Shown: positions 1-10,394, counted from the first letter of the stretch. The stretch is DNA of 22,088 bases from Candidatus Poribacteria bacterium (GCA_046582655.1 JAYGDX010000174.1:1-22088), one strand, 5' to 3'. The notes: generated from the sequence alone by a model not told the origin. Program-made: numbers and translations.

Positions 1-103
1 TCATTGTTACCGTGTGCTAGCAACATCTCCATTTTCATTTCACAAAAGGCCATTTTTACTTTCTACCTACGCTGGTATCGAGGTCAGAGAAGCCAGCAGC
101 CAT

Positions 104-907
104 TTAGTCTCCTGACAGAATTGGGTGTAGTGGATGATCCCAAGGCCCGCCAGCAGTCATCTCATCTGCGGCACCCGCCGCATCCCCTCCGCCCGTAAAA
201 CGGACATAATCAGGAATGTAGATAATAGCAAAAGCACGTCGCGGTCGATCCGAACTATTAGCACCAGCATGATGAAAAGTACAGCCGTGATGAAAAGTAA
301 CGCCTCCCGCCGGCATCTCCATTGATACCGAAGCCGATAGCTGGCACTTTTCCTTTTCCATCTTCTTGACGATACTTTCGCCCTCTTTTCCTAAAGCAAT
401 TGGCTCTAATTTACCAAATTTGTGGGACCCGGGGATGAAGTGCAGACAGCCGTTTTCCATGGTCACATCGTCAACTGCTACCCAAGCAGAAAGAGATCCG
501 ATCGGATCCATCGGCCAGTAAGGGGAATCTTGATGCCAGTTGGTTTCTTTGCTAACTTCACCAGAGGGTTTTATCATGGCATGATCATGGTAAATACGAA
601 CATGCCGACCTCCAGATAGACGTCGTGCGGATTCAGCTAAACGTTGATTGAGCGAATAAAATTTAACCGAAGGATAATCGCACCAAAGGTTCACCATCTG
701 ATTGAAGACTCTTTCGTAATCTTCTGATACACGCCCTCCATTTTTTGCCCCAAGGATGCGATCTCGGTTGCAAGCAATAGCGTCATCAACCGCATCACCA
801 AGATCTTCAATCTCTTTCTCAGTGAAGAAATTAGGATATTGAATAAAGCCATTTTCCTTATAAAACTCGATATCTTCTGCCCCAGTTGGGCAATTTGTTG
901 TCTCCAC
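104..907 (-). CDS. Phytanoyl-CoA dioxygenase (PhyH) family Fe(II)/2-oxoglutarate oxygenase
   Basis: 267-aa ORF with GTG start. Contains 'FYKENGFI', HxD motif 'NWHQDSPYW', 'NGCLHFIPGSH', and distal His plus 2OG-binding Arg in 'FHHAGANSSDRPRRA'. Confidence 0.9.
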   Translation of the reverse strand: METTNCPTGAEDIEFYKENGFIQYPNFFTEKEIEDLGDAVDDAIACNRDRILGAKNGGRVSEDYERVFNQMVNLWCDYPSVKFYSLNQRLAESARRLSGGRHVRIYHDHAMIKPSGEVSKETNWHQDSPYWPMDPIGSLSAWVAVDDVTMENGCLHFIPGSHKFGKLEPIALGKEGESIVKKMEKEKCQLSASVSMEMPAGGVTFHHGCTFHHAGANSSDRPRRAFAIIYIPDYVRFTGGGDAAGAADEMTAGGPWDHPLHPILSGD

Positions 908-1037
908 TTTGTTTGCCTGCTTTATTATTTATTACATATATAATTATGTGGTGAATTTTAAATTAGACGCCGTAATATTAGCGCTTTCAACAAAATAATG
1001 CAATTCTAAATGCTGCTCTGATGATATCAGCTGTTTG

Positions 1038-2436
1038 TTAACCAAACCAATAAGAGTAAAGCTGTGTCTGACGCAGATTAAAGCGCAGGTATACTTCCTG
1101 TTCCAGGAGTTCTGCCATCGTGCCCTCTTGCCCTCTTGCCACTGCGTCTGAACAGCCGTGTGGTTGCCATGGATGTCAGTGGAGGCAGCCAATGAGGTGC
1201 CATCGACCGAAAGCACCTCAACACTTAACTCTCCTTACCTCTGCATTCAGGTTGAGGAAAAGCTCCTTCCCGTTTACCTTAGAAGGATTTGGTTAGCAAA
1301 GTACCTTCCTTTTCAGCCGCATCCAGCGAGATGAACCCGTCCCGACGCAACATGGCCAGGCAAACTGCTCCAGCATCCGGCGTGTAATCTTCGTAACCTG
1401 GATCCTCGCCAGACGTGATGAACGCGTATTGCCTAACTCCCGTATAATAGAACCACAATTCGTTCCCACGCTCGAGTGGAGATGACGGACCTCTCATCGT
1501 CTGTGTATCGTACCCCCACCCAGTGGCGACGTGTCAATGAACGGCTTACGATTGCCCAGACGCATCCAATTTTTCAGATCGCGACTACATACCAACTGAA
1601 CGTGGTGAAAACCCGTATAGTCTCCGTATTTGCGAACGAGCCCCAAAATGTACGACGAAAGGTGCATCTTGTTAAAGCCCAGCCAGTCCATGGGTACCTT
1701 GCCGGTGTGATGAAAAACTGTGGGCATACCGATGAAGATCCCTTCGTAAAGAAACACGCCCATGTTATAGATTTGTATGCTGTAATGTTCCGGTGTGTTA
1801 TATTCAGTTTGCCTGAGATTCGGGTTGGCCAGCCGAGCTTCAATGACTTGATGACCCATCTCCTGATCCTTGGCATCGGCATAAAATACCACGCCATAGT
1901 CCTTCCAGGCCTTGAAATCACGGCTCGTCGCTATAGCCACTGCCCGTCCATATGGTCCGTCACGCTTGACCGTATGAATAAACAGCCCCTCTTTCGGATT
2001 GTAGGAGAAGTTGTACTCATCAGAACTTGGAATCGCTGGCACATCGAGCTTGGTCCAGTGGATCCCATCGGGGACGCGGCGAAACCATGGTTTCCCATCG
2101 CTGCCTTGTAGCGGTACTCCGGATCCGAATCATGAGGATCACGCACCGCCATGCTCACGCCGTTAGTCTGCTTGGGCCCCGCCGTCCGTGCAGGCCGTCC
2201 GGGCTTGTGCGATAGCTGTCATCCGTGCCGATGACCCAGAACTTGAACAGCTTCTCGTCTGGATCCCAGACCGGTGTTGAAACAGTTTGGATGGTCTGCT
2301 GCGGCGTGGAACTTCGTACCACAGCACCGCGCTTCTGCGGTTGGTGAAACGTTCGGGTCAGGTTTCTAACCTCTGCGATGCCTGCATCGTCTAGGAACAA
2401 CTGCCGCTGATCGATAGGCACTTCGAAAGAAGACAT
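1038..2436 (-). pseudogene. Frameshifted five-bladed beta-propeller glycosidase-like protein (GH32/43/130-like fold) with C-terminal domain
   Basis: ORF fragments 2155-2436, 1931-2158, 1494-2042 and 1279-1497 plus a tail to TAA at 1038-1040 join into one protein: RQLFLDD...SPDGLH(W)...SPDGIHW...TSRDFKAW...CSRDLKNW...ELWFYYTG...LRRDGFISLDA...VYLRFNLRQTQLYSYWFG*. About 6 frameshifts, near 2187, 2070-2073, 1512, 1280, 1236, and an 8-bp tandem duplication at 1121-1136. Confidence 0.8.
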
Positions 2437-2446
2437 TATCTGTTCC

Positions 2447-3229
2447 TTAAACGTTGTTGACCCGCTGCCATCTTAATACCTTTTGGGCATGCGGAGATAG
2501 AGCCTTCCACAATTCATGAGGAAGGTGAGGCTCAGTGTATTCATGCAACCAGTTATTAAAAACCCAAGGTCGGCAAAAGGCCATACACAGCTCGTCACGT
2601 GGGTGATCTGACCGATTGGGCGTCCCCCGATGATAGGCACGTCCATCCTGCACCCAGAGCGAACCTTTCTTCAAATTTAAACGGATTGGATGATATTGCG
2701 CACGTCGATTGATACCTGGGCCAAGAACATCATCCATTTCAGCTTGTAGATCCTCATCGGCAACATACTGGGTACAGGGAATGACTTCAAAACTACCATT
2801 TTCTTCACATGTATCTACCAGCGGAAACTTAACACCAACCTGAAAGGCAGGAGTCATAAGTCCTGGAAACAAAAGTTGGCAGTCGCGGTGCCAATTCTGA
2901 TAGTCTGCACTGGGAACAGGAATGTTTGAGTCAAAGTGTGACCAAACATAATCTGATCCCAACACTTGCTCAAGAAATTCAACAAGTGCCGGAACCTCAA
3001 AGATCTCTTCATCAACAAACGGACTTTCAAAAGGCACGCGAACATTATAACGATATCCACCCCGGTTTCCAGATTCTCCCTGTCGTTTAATGCCATCATT
3101 CCGAATTGGCACCCATGCTTGGAGGATCTGGTCAATCGTCTCCAATGGGATAAAGTCCTCAAAAACAACGAAACCATTGATTCGCCATTCTTGCATCAGC
3201 CGGTCAATGTCAAACTCCTTGCTCATCAT
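2447..3229 (-). CDS. PhyH family Fe(II)/2-oxoglutarate oxygenase
   Basis: 260 aa with 'NGFVV', HxD motif 'NWHRD', 'ENGSFEVIP' and 'YHRGTPNRSDHPR'. Confidence 0.88.
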   Translation of the reverse strand: MMSKEFDIDRLMQEWRINGFVVFEDFIPLETIDQILQAWVPIRNDGIKRQGESGNRGGYRYNVRVPFESPFVDEEIFEVPALVEFLEQVLGSDYVWSHFDSNIPVPSADYQNWHRDCQLLFPGLMTPAFQVGVKFPLVDTCEENGSFEVIPCTQYVADEDLQAEMDDVLGPGINRRAQYHPIRLNLKKGSLWVQDGRAYHRGTPNRSDHPRDELCMAFCRPWVFNNWLHEYTEPHLPHELWKALSPHAQKVLRWQRVNNV

Positions 3230-3308
3230 TACCCTCTGTTTGATTGATTAGACATAGATATCCATCGTTTAATCTATACCTGGAAAAACAGGAAAAAGCG
3301 ATGCATTG

Positions 3309-4241
3309 CTAAGAAATTGAAGACAAAACACCGATCTGTCGCAAGATGCTCTTTTTAATTTTGCAGATCATAGTGTACGCCGGATCAAAGACGTTGCCAA
3401 CGTCATATTCCACACATTGCCCCAACAGGATATGTGCTGCACGCTTTTCTAATCCGAGTTCCACTAGCCAGTGAATCAACTCTGTTGTCGCATGTTGCAG
3501 GGCTTGATCCAACGGACGAGCGTTACCCGCCGTTAAAATATAACTATCATTTTCAGCCCGAGGCCAAGCGACATTACCGCCTTTAATTAAATTGACTGTG
3601 AATTGGACATCAAAGGAAATCTCAATTCCTGTACCGACAATCTCTCCGTCCCCCTGTACCGCGTGCCCATCACCCAAATGAAATAACGCACCGGCCACAA
3701 AAACCGGCAAATAAACAGTAGCCTCTTCAGCGAAACCACGATAATCCATATTTCCACCGTGTGTTGATGAAGTAGCGGTAGAAATGGCTTGACCTCTGGG
3801 CGGAGCAACGCCGAAACAACCTACCATTGGCTCGAGCGGAATTATAAATTTGCCTAATTGCGTGTCTGGAGAAATTAATGTTGCTGTCCATTTTTCTACG
3901 TCAATTTCCCATTCTGCTTCCCCACTCTCCGGCATCTGTGAAGCGACATACCCGGGATCAAGAACATTCGGTGCAACCACTGTCGCTGTTCGACCAATTC
4001 TTCGGTTGGGTTTCAGTTGATCAAAATAAACCGATAAAGTATCTCCCGGTTCGGCATTCTCAATATAAAACGGGCCTGTTTGTGGATTACCCCTGGGCGT
4101 AACCGATTGATCCAATTTGTCTCGGCCACCACTATCTACAGTCGTTGTAATAACGGTATCACCACTCTCAATATGCAATACAGGTTCGTGCGCTCCGATC
4201 GCTGTGTAATAAACAGTTGGTTGAAAATTATGGACTGCCAT
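3309..4241 (-). CDS. Acetamidase/formamidase family protein
   Basis: 310 aa with family motifs 'NPQTGPFYIENAEPGDTL', 'PMVGCFGVAP', 'HGGNMD' and 'GDGHAVQGDGEIVGTGIE'. GGAG Shine-Dalgarno upstream. Confidence 0.92.
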   Translation of the reverse strand: MAVHNFQPTVYYTAIGAHEPVLHIESGDTVITTTVDSGGRDKLDQSVTPRGNPQTGPFYIENAEPGDTLSVYFDQLKPNRRIGRTATVVAPNVLDPGYVASQMPESGEAEWEIDVEKWTATLISPDTQLGKFIIPLEPMVGCFGVAPPRGQAISTATSSTHGGNMDYRGFAEEATVYLPVFVAGALFHLGDGHAVQGDGEIVGTGIEISFDVQFTVNLIKGGNVAWPRAENDSYILTAGNARPLDQALQHATTELIHWLVELGLEKRAAHILLGQCVEYDVGNVFDPAYTMICKIKKSILRQIGVLSSIS

Positions 4242-4956
4242 CCGTATTCTCCCTATTTATATTTTTTGATTTCAGATGATTAGTGGTTAAATAATTTTAA
4301 GATGTTCAACATTATAGCAAAAATCATCTTGAATCAGAATCAACATTTCTTCTAATTCAAGATATTCCGAATTCGTCGTATGCCGTAAAAAAAGAACCCG
4401 CGAGTCCAAATCGACTAGCTATCACACAAAGTACCAATGAAATAGCCTAAGCAATCAATTGAAGTGGATTTCGAAAGATTTGGTTGAAGACCACATTCCC
4501 CAGTTCGATAGACAAAAGCTATTCCTGACTCCCACTGCAATACTAGAAACAGCCAATCTTTCCTTATTAGATACTAGCATTTTTAGTTATCGCTAATCAG
4601 TACCGTTGACATTCCTTAATTGACCTCTAATTGCGATTAACTTATAATGACTTAGTATATCAAAAGCTGGAGTTTGATAATACACAAAATCATCTGCTTT
4701 TGTGGCAACGAGGTAGTTAAAGAAAGAGCTATCGACAATAGGTTCTGCTCGGCAAAATTGCCTTCTCCAGAGTTGAGAGAACGAATTGGAAAGCCCGGAT
4801 GAGGTTTGCACGACTAACCCAGGCAATCGAATTAAACGTTTATAAAATCTGATGTACGTACCCGACAGACCGTATTTAAGTCAGTATATATCTGAACTTG
4901 CTTGATGATGCGAACAAGAATCCCAACACAACATGCTGAGTAGAAAGGAATCTGCT

Positions 4957-5838
4957 ATGCCTACACAAAATAATTCCTCCACCAAACCCGTTATTTTTGA
5001 ACAGAGTCGCTTGGGATACGTGGACATCGATGCGATAGATCTGCCCCGCACCAACGCTGAGAGTAAACCTGTTATCGAGCTTACCCCAGAACAAAGGTAC
5101 CTGTTTGATACGCAGGGCTGGCTACTAATACCGGGTTTGCTGAGTGAGGACGAAGTCGATCAGATGCGAGCCTTCTGCTATCGCATACACCAACAACCAG
5201 AGTCCCTACCCGAAGCTCAGCGCTGCACAATCGCTGGGCCTCTGGAGCAACTGACGGACCACCCTTTCATCGTTGGTTTCATGAACGAGTTCCTAGCTCA
5301 TCCAGACCTTTCTAGCCAAGACTGCTATGGTTTCCGCATGGAATCCAGTTCCTTAACCATTCGGTCGACGGGCGAAGGGACTGTTGGCCCGCACAATGGT
5401 CACGGACTGATGCGGCTACCGGGTGATTCGCACAACTACCGTTGCATCCCTGGCCAAGCCCGCAGCAGCTTGACCTGTGTGGTTTGGGAATTGAATGAGG
5501 TCGAATATGGTTGTGGAGGAACTCTGCTCATCAGCGGCAGCCATAAGGCCACCTATCTTGCCCCAGAATCTGTGCAAAATCCCAACTCGCCGCTGTGGGT
5601 GACTTATGGCTGCCCGGCTGGTTCCCTGCTCATCTTCTCCGAAAGCACCACGCACTCTGCTTCACCGTGGAAAAGTGCAGAGAGAGATAGAGTCGCCATT
5701 TTTAGTCGCTACAATTATGTGAACAGCAAGTGGCACAAGTGGGAACCCCACCCGGAACTGCTAGAGTCTTTTCCTCCTAAACGTCGTACCCTTTTCCGAC
5801 CTGTCCACGTTGAGGGCAACCTAGTTTCTCCAGTCTGA
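4957..5838 (+). CDS. PhyH-like Fe(II)/2OG oxygenase with HxG motif in place of HxD
   Basis: Start placed at ATG 4957, after AAGGA at 4945-4949. Contains 'EQRYLFDTQGWLLIPG', 'GPHNGHG', 'GGTLLISGSHK' and 'THSASPW...DRVAIFSRY'. Confidence 0.82.
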   Translation: MPTQNNSSTKPVIFEQSRLGYVDIDAIDLPRTNAESKPVIELTPEQRYLFDTQGWLLIPGLLSEDEVDQMRAFCYRIHQQPESLPEAQRCTIAGPLEQLTDHPFIVGFMNEFLAHPDLSSQDCYGFRMESSSLTIRSTGEGTVGPHNGHGLMRLPGDSHNYRCIPGQARSSLTCVVWELNEVEYGCGGTLLISGSHKATYLAPESVQNPNSPLWVTYGCPAGSLLIFSESTTHSASPWKSAERDRVAIFSRYNYVNSKWHKWEPHPELLESFPPKRRTLFRPVHVEGNLVSPV

Positions 5839-6540
5839 AACCTAAAATTGCCTTTTCTTCCATCTACGAATGCCATGGGATGAAGACTCATTGGCGTACT
5901 GAGTCCCTGATATGTGCAACCGAAAAAGCTGAGGCGATCGATTGTGGCATCGGGCCATGCAACAGTTGCTGGCTTTGGTAGAACCGGCCATCGCCGTCTT
6001 TACCCATAGCGATATGCGGAAGAAGTACAGCCTATCTGATACCGCCGTTAACCACAGTACGCCTTCCATAAGCCGAAACGGACGAATTGGCCGCACGAAC
6101 CATCCTGTAGCAGAGCTGCAAGGATAAGGAAGAAGTGTCACTGATAACGGTAATGCTGTCATTGGATTTAGTGATACGAAGATCGACAGCACCACCAATT
6201 CGCTGACGGAATCTTCACTACCGTCTGTTCCTCATCCATCACCTCTTCAGACTGAAGACAGAACATCTTAATTAAAGCAAGATCTGTGACCGGCAGCTGG
6301 TTACCACCTCTGATCTGATAGTGGGCCAAGTAGCCATTTTAGTCAACTAATTCACCCTCTCTTGGCATGGAGGTTTCTCTGCTTGACAGCTTTCTGCCCA
6401 GCATCATACGTACTCCAGTATCTTATCGACTCTCCTAAGCTATCATGACACAATGATTAATGGATAAGTGTCAATGTCTGAAATACTTCATATGGTATGA
6501 TAACGTTTACAAAATCCGAGTGCAGCCAATAAGGGAAGGT

Positions 6541-7653
6541 ATGAAAATCGATCGAATTGATGTCTATTATGTTGAACTGCCATTGATCTATCCTTGGCGA
6601 ACAGCTTATGGTGAGGACGCCACTATTGATTCGGTATTGATACGCATGATGTCTGGTCAACACGTTGGTTGGGGGGAGTCCACGCCCTTCAAGGCACCAG
6701 CTTATTCACCCGAAACTGCCATGTCCGTTTATCATACAATAACCGAGTTTATTGCTCCAGCTTTAGTAGGACAGGAATTCGAAACGGCTGATCAACTGAT
6801 GGCCACCTACAAGTGGATCAAAGGAAACCCGTTTGCTAAAGCGGGCCCGGAAATTGCCTGGTGGATGCTTAAGGCTGAAATAGAAGATGCACCATTGTAT
6901 CAGTTGCTAGGCGGCACTTTTAGAAATGTTGAGGCAGGTGCTGATTTCGGCGTACAGGATTCGATTGATATGCTGCTGGGAAAGATTGAAGGTGCTGTTA
7001 ATGATGGATTTAAACGGGTTAAACTTAAAGTGCGTTCAGGTTGGGATTTAGATATGTTGCAGGCGGTACGTTCCACCTTCCCGAAACAGACTTTTCATAT
7101 CGATTGTAACTCCGGATACACACTAGAAGATATCGACTTCTTCAAGAAAGTGGATGAACTAGGTTTGGCTATGATTGAACAACCGCTATACCATAATGAT
7201 CTACTGGATCATGCTGAATTACAGAAGCAGATTGGCACTCCTGTTTGTCTGGATGAGTCAATTGACTCAGTACGCGCTTTTGAGTGGGCCTTGAAACTAA
7301 AATCGTGTCAGATTCTTAATATTAAGACTGGTCGTGTCGGCGGATTATCAGTGGCAGTGAAACTACACAACATGGCACGTGACGCGGGTATTCCCTGCTG
7401 GGTTGGCAGCATGCTGGAAAGTGGGGTTGGCGCCGGTATCTTGATTGATCTAGCAACGCTTGATAATTTTACTTATCCTGGAGATCTGTTTCCTAGCCGG
7501 TTTTTCTACCGTCAGGATTTAACAGAGCCAGAACTAACATTGAACGATGACTGTACTTTCACACCGTCGATGGTACCTGGAACACCATATACACCTAAAC
7601 ACAAACGCGTCGAGCAGGCGGCACAACTCAGTCAGACTCTCCTACCTAAGTGA
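6541..7653 (+). CDS. menC: o-succinylbenzoate synthase / N-succinyl(acyl)amino acid racemase, enolase superfamily
   Basis: ATG 6541 follows GGAAGG. Contains 'GWGE', KxK motif 'VKLKV', metal ligands in 'IDCN', 'IEQP' and 'LDES', plus 'NIKTGRVGG', 'GSMLE' and 'YPGD'. Confidence 0.85.
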   Translation: MKIDRIDVYYVELPLIYPWRTAYGEDATIDSVLIRMMSGQHVGWGESTPFKAPAYSPETAMSVYHTITEFIAPALVGQEFETADQLMATYKWIKGNPFAKAGPEIAWWMLKAEIEDAPLYQLLGGTFRNVEAGADFGVQDSIDMLLGKIEGAVNDGFKRVKLKVRSGWDLDMLQAVRSTFPKQTFHIDCNSGYTLEDIDFFKKVDELGLAMIEQPLYHNDLLDHAELQKQIGTPVCLDESIDSVRAFEWALKLKSCQILNIKTGRVGGLSVAVKLHNMARDAGIPCWVGSMLESGVGAGILIDLATLDNFTYPGDLFPSRFFYRQDLTEPELTLNDDCTFTPSMVPGTPYTPKHKRVEQAAQLSQTLLPK

Positions 7654-7818
7654 TACTTAACTTCAGGCACAATCCAAAATCAGCATTAGATGCCATCCGT
7701 TTCGCAGTTACTGATGCTGCTAGCAAGTGCAAGAAAAACGGTGTCGCCGAAATTCCGATGCCGGCCATTCTAGTATCCACTAAAAAGCCATAGGAACATA
7801 ATCCTTTTCGGGGTAGCA

Positions 7819-9141
7819 TCAGCGGTTAAACTCATCAGGTTTCTTGCTGTCAGGAGGCCAGTACCCGTTACGAGATTGTTCCCACAAATTGCCACATAGA
7901 CTTGAGATTACCCGCCACTCAGATGCACCCAAGTCTGGATCAGGATGAAAAAGGAAACGCCGGAGTCCCGCTTTCTTTGAAGCTGTTAGGATACCATGCA
8001 AATCTCCGGCGGTCATAGCATCGCCAGCGTGCGGACTCCGCCCAGTAGAAACCCAAGCGATGACCTTATCGTAATTGCCTGTGGCTTCCAATGCTCGGCG
8101 TGTTTCATTAAACACAACATCTTCAAAGAATTCCGGCGGGAATCCCAGTTCCATATCCATCAATGACTGAACATCTGGTAGCTGCAGTCCAAATAAAGAT
8201 TTGACTACCGCCAAACAATCTGATTCAGTCAGCGAATGATTCCACTCAGACAACTTCCGCACCCAACGCGCGATGGTTCCGTACATGCCATCAAAACCCC
8301 GATGCCAGAAATAATGTTTGGGGAATATGTAGTCAAAAAGCAGGGCCATCTGCTGGTAGTTCTGCCCGGTCAGTGAAGAGAAAGCCGCTGTCCGTGGGAT
8401 GCCGCCGAGTTCTACTTTTCGACTCAATTCATCCAACTGTGCGCGGATAGATCTCATGTAGCCTATCGCCAGCTCTTGCCGCGTCCGTAACCAATAGAGC
8501 GCGTCCTCATTGATATCAAACAGAGTTAAGGCCGCTAACATTCCTCCTGGAGCGTGATACCTAACTAAATCCGGTGTCAGGTGGTGAAACCGATTCCGTA
8601 AATGCGCAATTCCCCGTTTCAGACGACTGACGTCAACTCCCAGACAAGCCAGCTGATTTTCATTCTGACGAATTTCGAACAACTCACCACCGTGATGGTA
8701 AGCTAACTCATAGTGTTGTTCCCCGGGACCATCTATGATAACACCATGGGCTTGTGGATAAGCATTAATGGTGTCCTGTACCCGAGCTGCAAATCCCACC
8801 GCACCATAAGGATCCTCCTCTAGTGGTCGATTGCCTCCACCACCAGGAACACTGAAGGTCATAATATGCCAGTCGCGGGACGCTGCGTCGTCCAGCATGG
8901 TATGTAGAAGTTTTTCCTTCTCCGGATCGCATAATGCTTCCGGAGGTGGGTCTACCCCAAAAGATTTGTAAACCTTCGGATCAGCAGCAAAGACGGGGAT
9001 TGTCGTGCCGTTTTCCTGTTTAAACCTCAGATAACCGAATACAATGCCGCGTACACCACCATCCTCCCAAGCATCGAACGTTTGCTTATAGTTGGCCATC
9101 CAACGTTCTAGTGGGTCCTGCATGAAAATCCAGCCAATCAT
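7819..9141 (-). CDS. Hypothetical soluble protein (440 aa), possibly a TIM-barrel enzyme
   Basis: Long ORF. Start moved to ATG 9141 because a strong AGGAGGT SD lies at 9147-9153 and this removes the overlap with the Gfo gene. No motif recognised with certainty. Confidence 0.75.
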   Translation of the reverse strand: MIGWIFMQDPLERWMANYKQTFDAWEDGGVRGIVFGYLRFKQENGTTIPVFAADPKVYKSFGVDPPPEALCDPEKEKLLHTMLDDAASRDWHIMTFSVPGGGGNRPLEEDPYGAVGFAARVQDTINAYPQAHGVIIDGPGEQHYELAYHHGGELFEIRQNENQLACLGVDVSRLKRGIAHLRNRFHHLTPDLVRYHAPGGMLAALTLFDINEDALYWLRTRQELAIGYMRSIRAQLDELSRKVELGGIPRTAAFSSLTGQNYQQMALLFDYIFPKHYFWHRGFDGMYGTIARWVRKLSEWNHSLTESDCLAVVKSLFGLQLPDVQSLMDMELGFPPEFFEDVVFNETRRALEATGNYDKVIAWVSTGRSPHAGDAMTAGDLHGILTASKKAGLRRFLFHPDPDLGASEWRVISSLCGNLWEQSRNGYWPPDSKKPDEFNR

Positions 9142-9232
9142 AACCGACCTCCTCTGTCGCCAGCTTGAAAGTACTTTTCTTAGAATATGGAAAACACCGT
9201 TTTCATAAATTGTAATTGAATGCTTAAGGGAG

Positions 9233-10312
9233 TTAATCGATCTGAGGAGGACCAGTGTAACCAATGCTTTGCCAACCGGCCACATCACCGCCTTTCAGAC
9301 GATATGGATGAGGTACAACTCCCAAAGAACGGTCTTCAACCGGAAGGGGAACACGCTGATGGTTAGCTTGAGCCGACTTTTTCAAGGCCACTGCGATCTC
9401 TAAAGCCTGACGATAATCGTGACCGCTACACATGGCTTCAGATCCCATGTCGATAGCTCGCATAAGACGCTCGATAGCCGAAACAAAAACGCCTGGCTGA
9501 GGTGTATCCATGAACTCGGGTTTGACCACCGAGGCGCCATTTCCTTGAATCAGCACTGGTCCAGAAGAGGTGATTTGCACCTGACCGTTTCCCCCTCTAA
9601 CGGAAACTCGACAGGAATCGTTGGTTGATGGTTCCGACACCTGACAAACAATCTCACCGGACAACCCCAATCGGCCATACGCCGGACAGTCAATCTGCTG
9701 ATTGTCGATTTCGGTTGTTGGCATCCAACCAGACTCCGGTGGTAGCGTCCATCCTTCCACCCATGATACTTCCATTCCGGTTAGTAAACGAATCATCGTC
9801 AACTGCACACATCCACCACCAGAAACTTCGCGTGGTAATCCAGCTGGAATTTCCGCCCCGGTCAAACGACCGATATTGCCTGCTTGTATCCATTCAGCGA
9901 TCTCTGACAAATAGGGACCATCCCAGTAACCAGTACCACAACCGAAAGCCACACCATGTTCACGACAAGTACTTACCATCTCATCAGCTTGCGACAGCGT
10001 AACAGCAATCGGCTTCTCACACGAGATCGCTTTAACGCCAGCCTCTGCGCAGGCAACCACCGCTTCTGGATTGTGAGAGACCGGCAAGATAATGGAAACA
10101 ATATCCGGCAGATCGTTAGCTAATAGATCCGATATGGTATCGAAAATAACCTCGACACCATATCGGTCAGCAAAAGTTTGACGACGATCACGCGCTTGAT
10201 CTACCAGTGCTACAATCTGACAATCTGGATGTTCGGCATAAGCCCGAAGATAGTGACGTCCCCAGGTTCCAGCACCACCTACCACGGCGACTCTATATTT
10301 TTGATTTGACAA
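9233..10312 (-). CDS. Gfo/Idh/MocA family NAD(P)-dependent oxidoreductase
   Basis: TTG start with AAGGAG SD at 10319-10324. Rossmann motif 'VAVVGGAGTWG', plus 'CEKPIA' and C-terminal 'RQALEIAVAL'. Confidence 0.9.
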   Translation of the reverse strand: MSNQKYRVAVVGGAGTWGRHYLRAYAEHPDCQIVALVDQARDRRQTFADRYGVEVIFDTISDLLANDLPDIVSIILPVSHNPEAVVACAEAGVKAISCEKPIAVTLSQADEMVSTCREHGVAFGCGTGYWDGPYLSEIAEWIQAGNIGRLTGAEIPAGLPREVSGGGCVQLTMIRLLTGMEVSWVEGWTLPPESGWMPTTEIDNQQIDCPAYGRLGLSGEIVCQVSEPSTNDSCRVSVRGGNGQVQITSSGPVLIQGNGASVVKPEFMDTPQPGVFVSAIERLMRAIDMGSEAMCSGHDYRQALEIAVALKKSAQANHQRVPLPVEDRSLGVVPHPYRLKGGDVAGWQSIGYTGPPQID

Positions 10313-10394
10313 AAACGACTCCTTTCAGCTTTGCCAGTTATTATGGACCATCAATTCGCTTTATTGATTTAAATTGAGTTTCCCGCGCCTAGAC

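Noticed and set aside
1476..2111. 211-aa plus-strand ORF
   Set aside because: It is the antisense shadow of the propeller pseudogene and has no recognisable motifs. The same applies to most short overlapping ORFs in the track.
4327..4364. 9-bp inverted repeat atcttgaat...attcaagat upstream of the amidase
   Set aside because: Short and AT-rich with a long spacer. It could be an operator, but nothing else supports that.
9142..9288. N-terminal extension of the 489-aa ORF (likewise 6460-6540 and 4933-4956)
   Set aside because: It overlaps the Gfo gene, and better SD-supported internal ATGs exist at 9141, 6541 and 4957.
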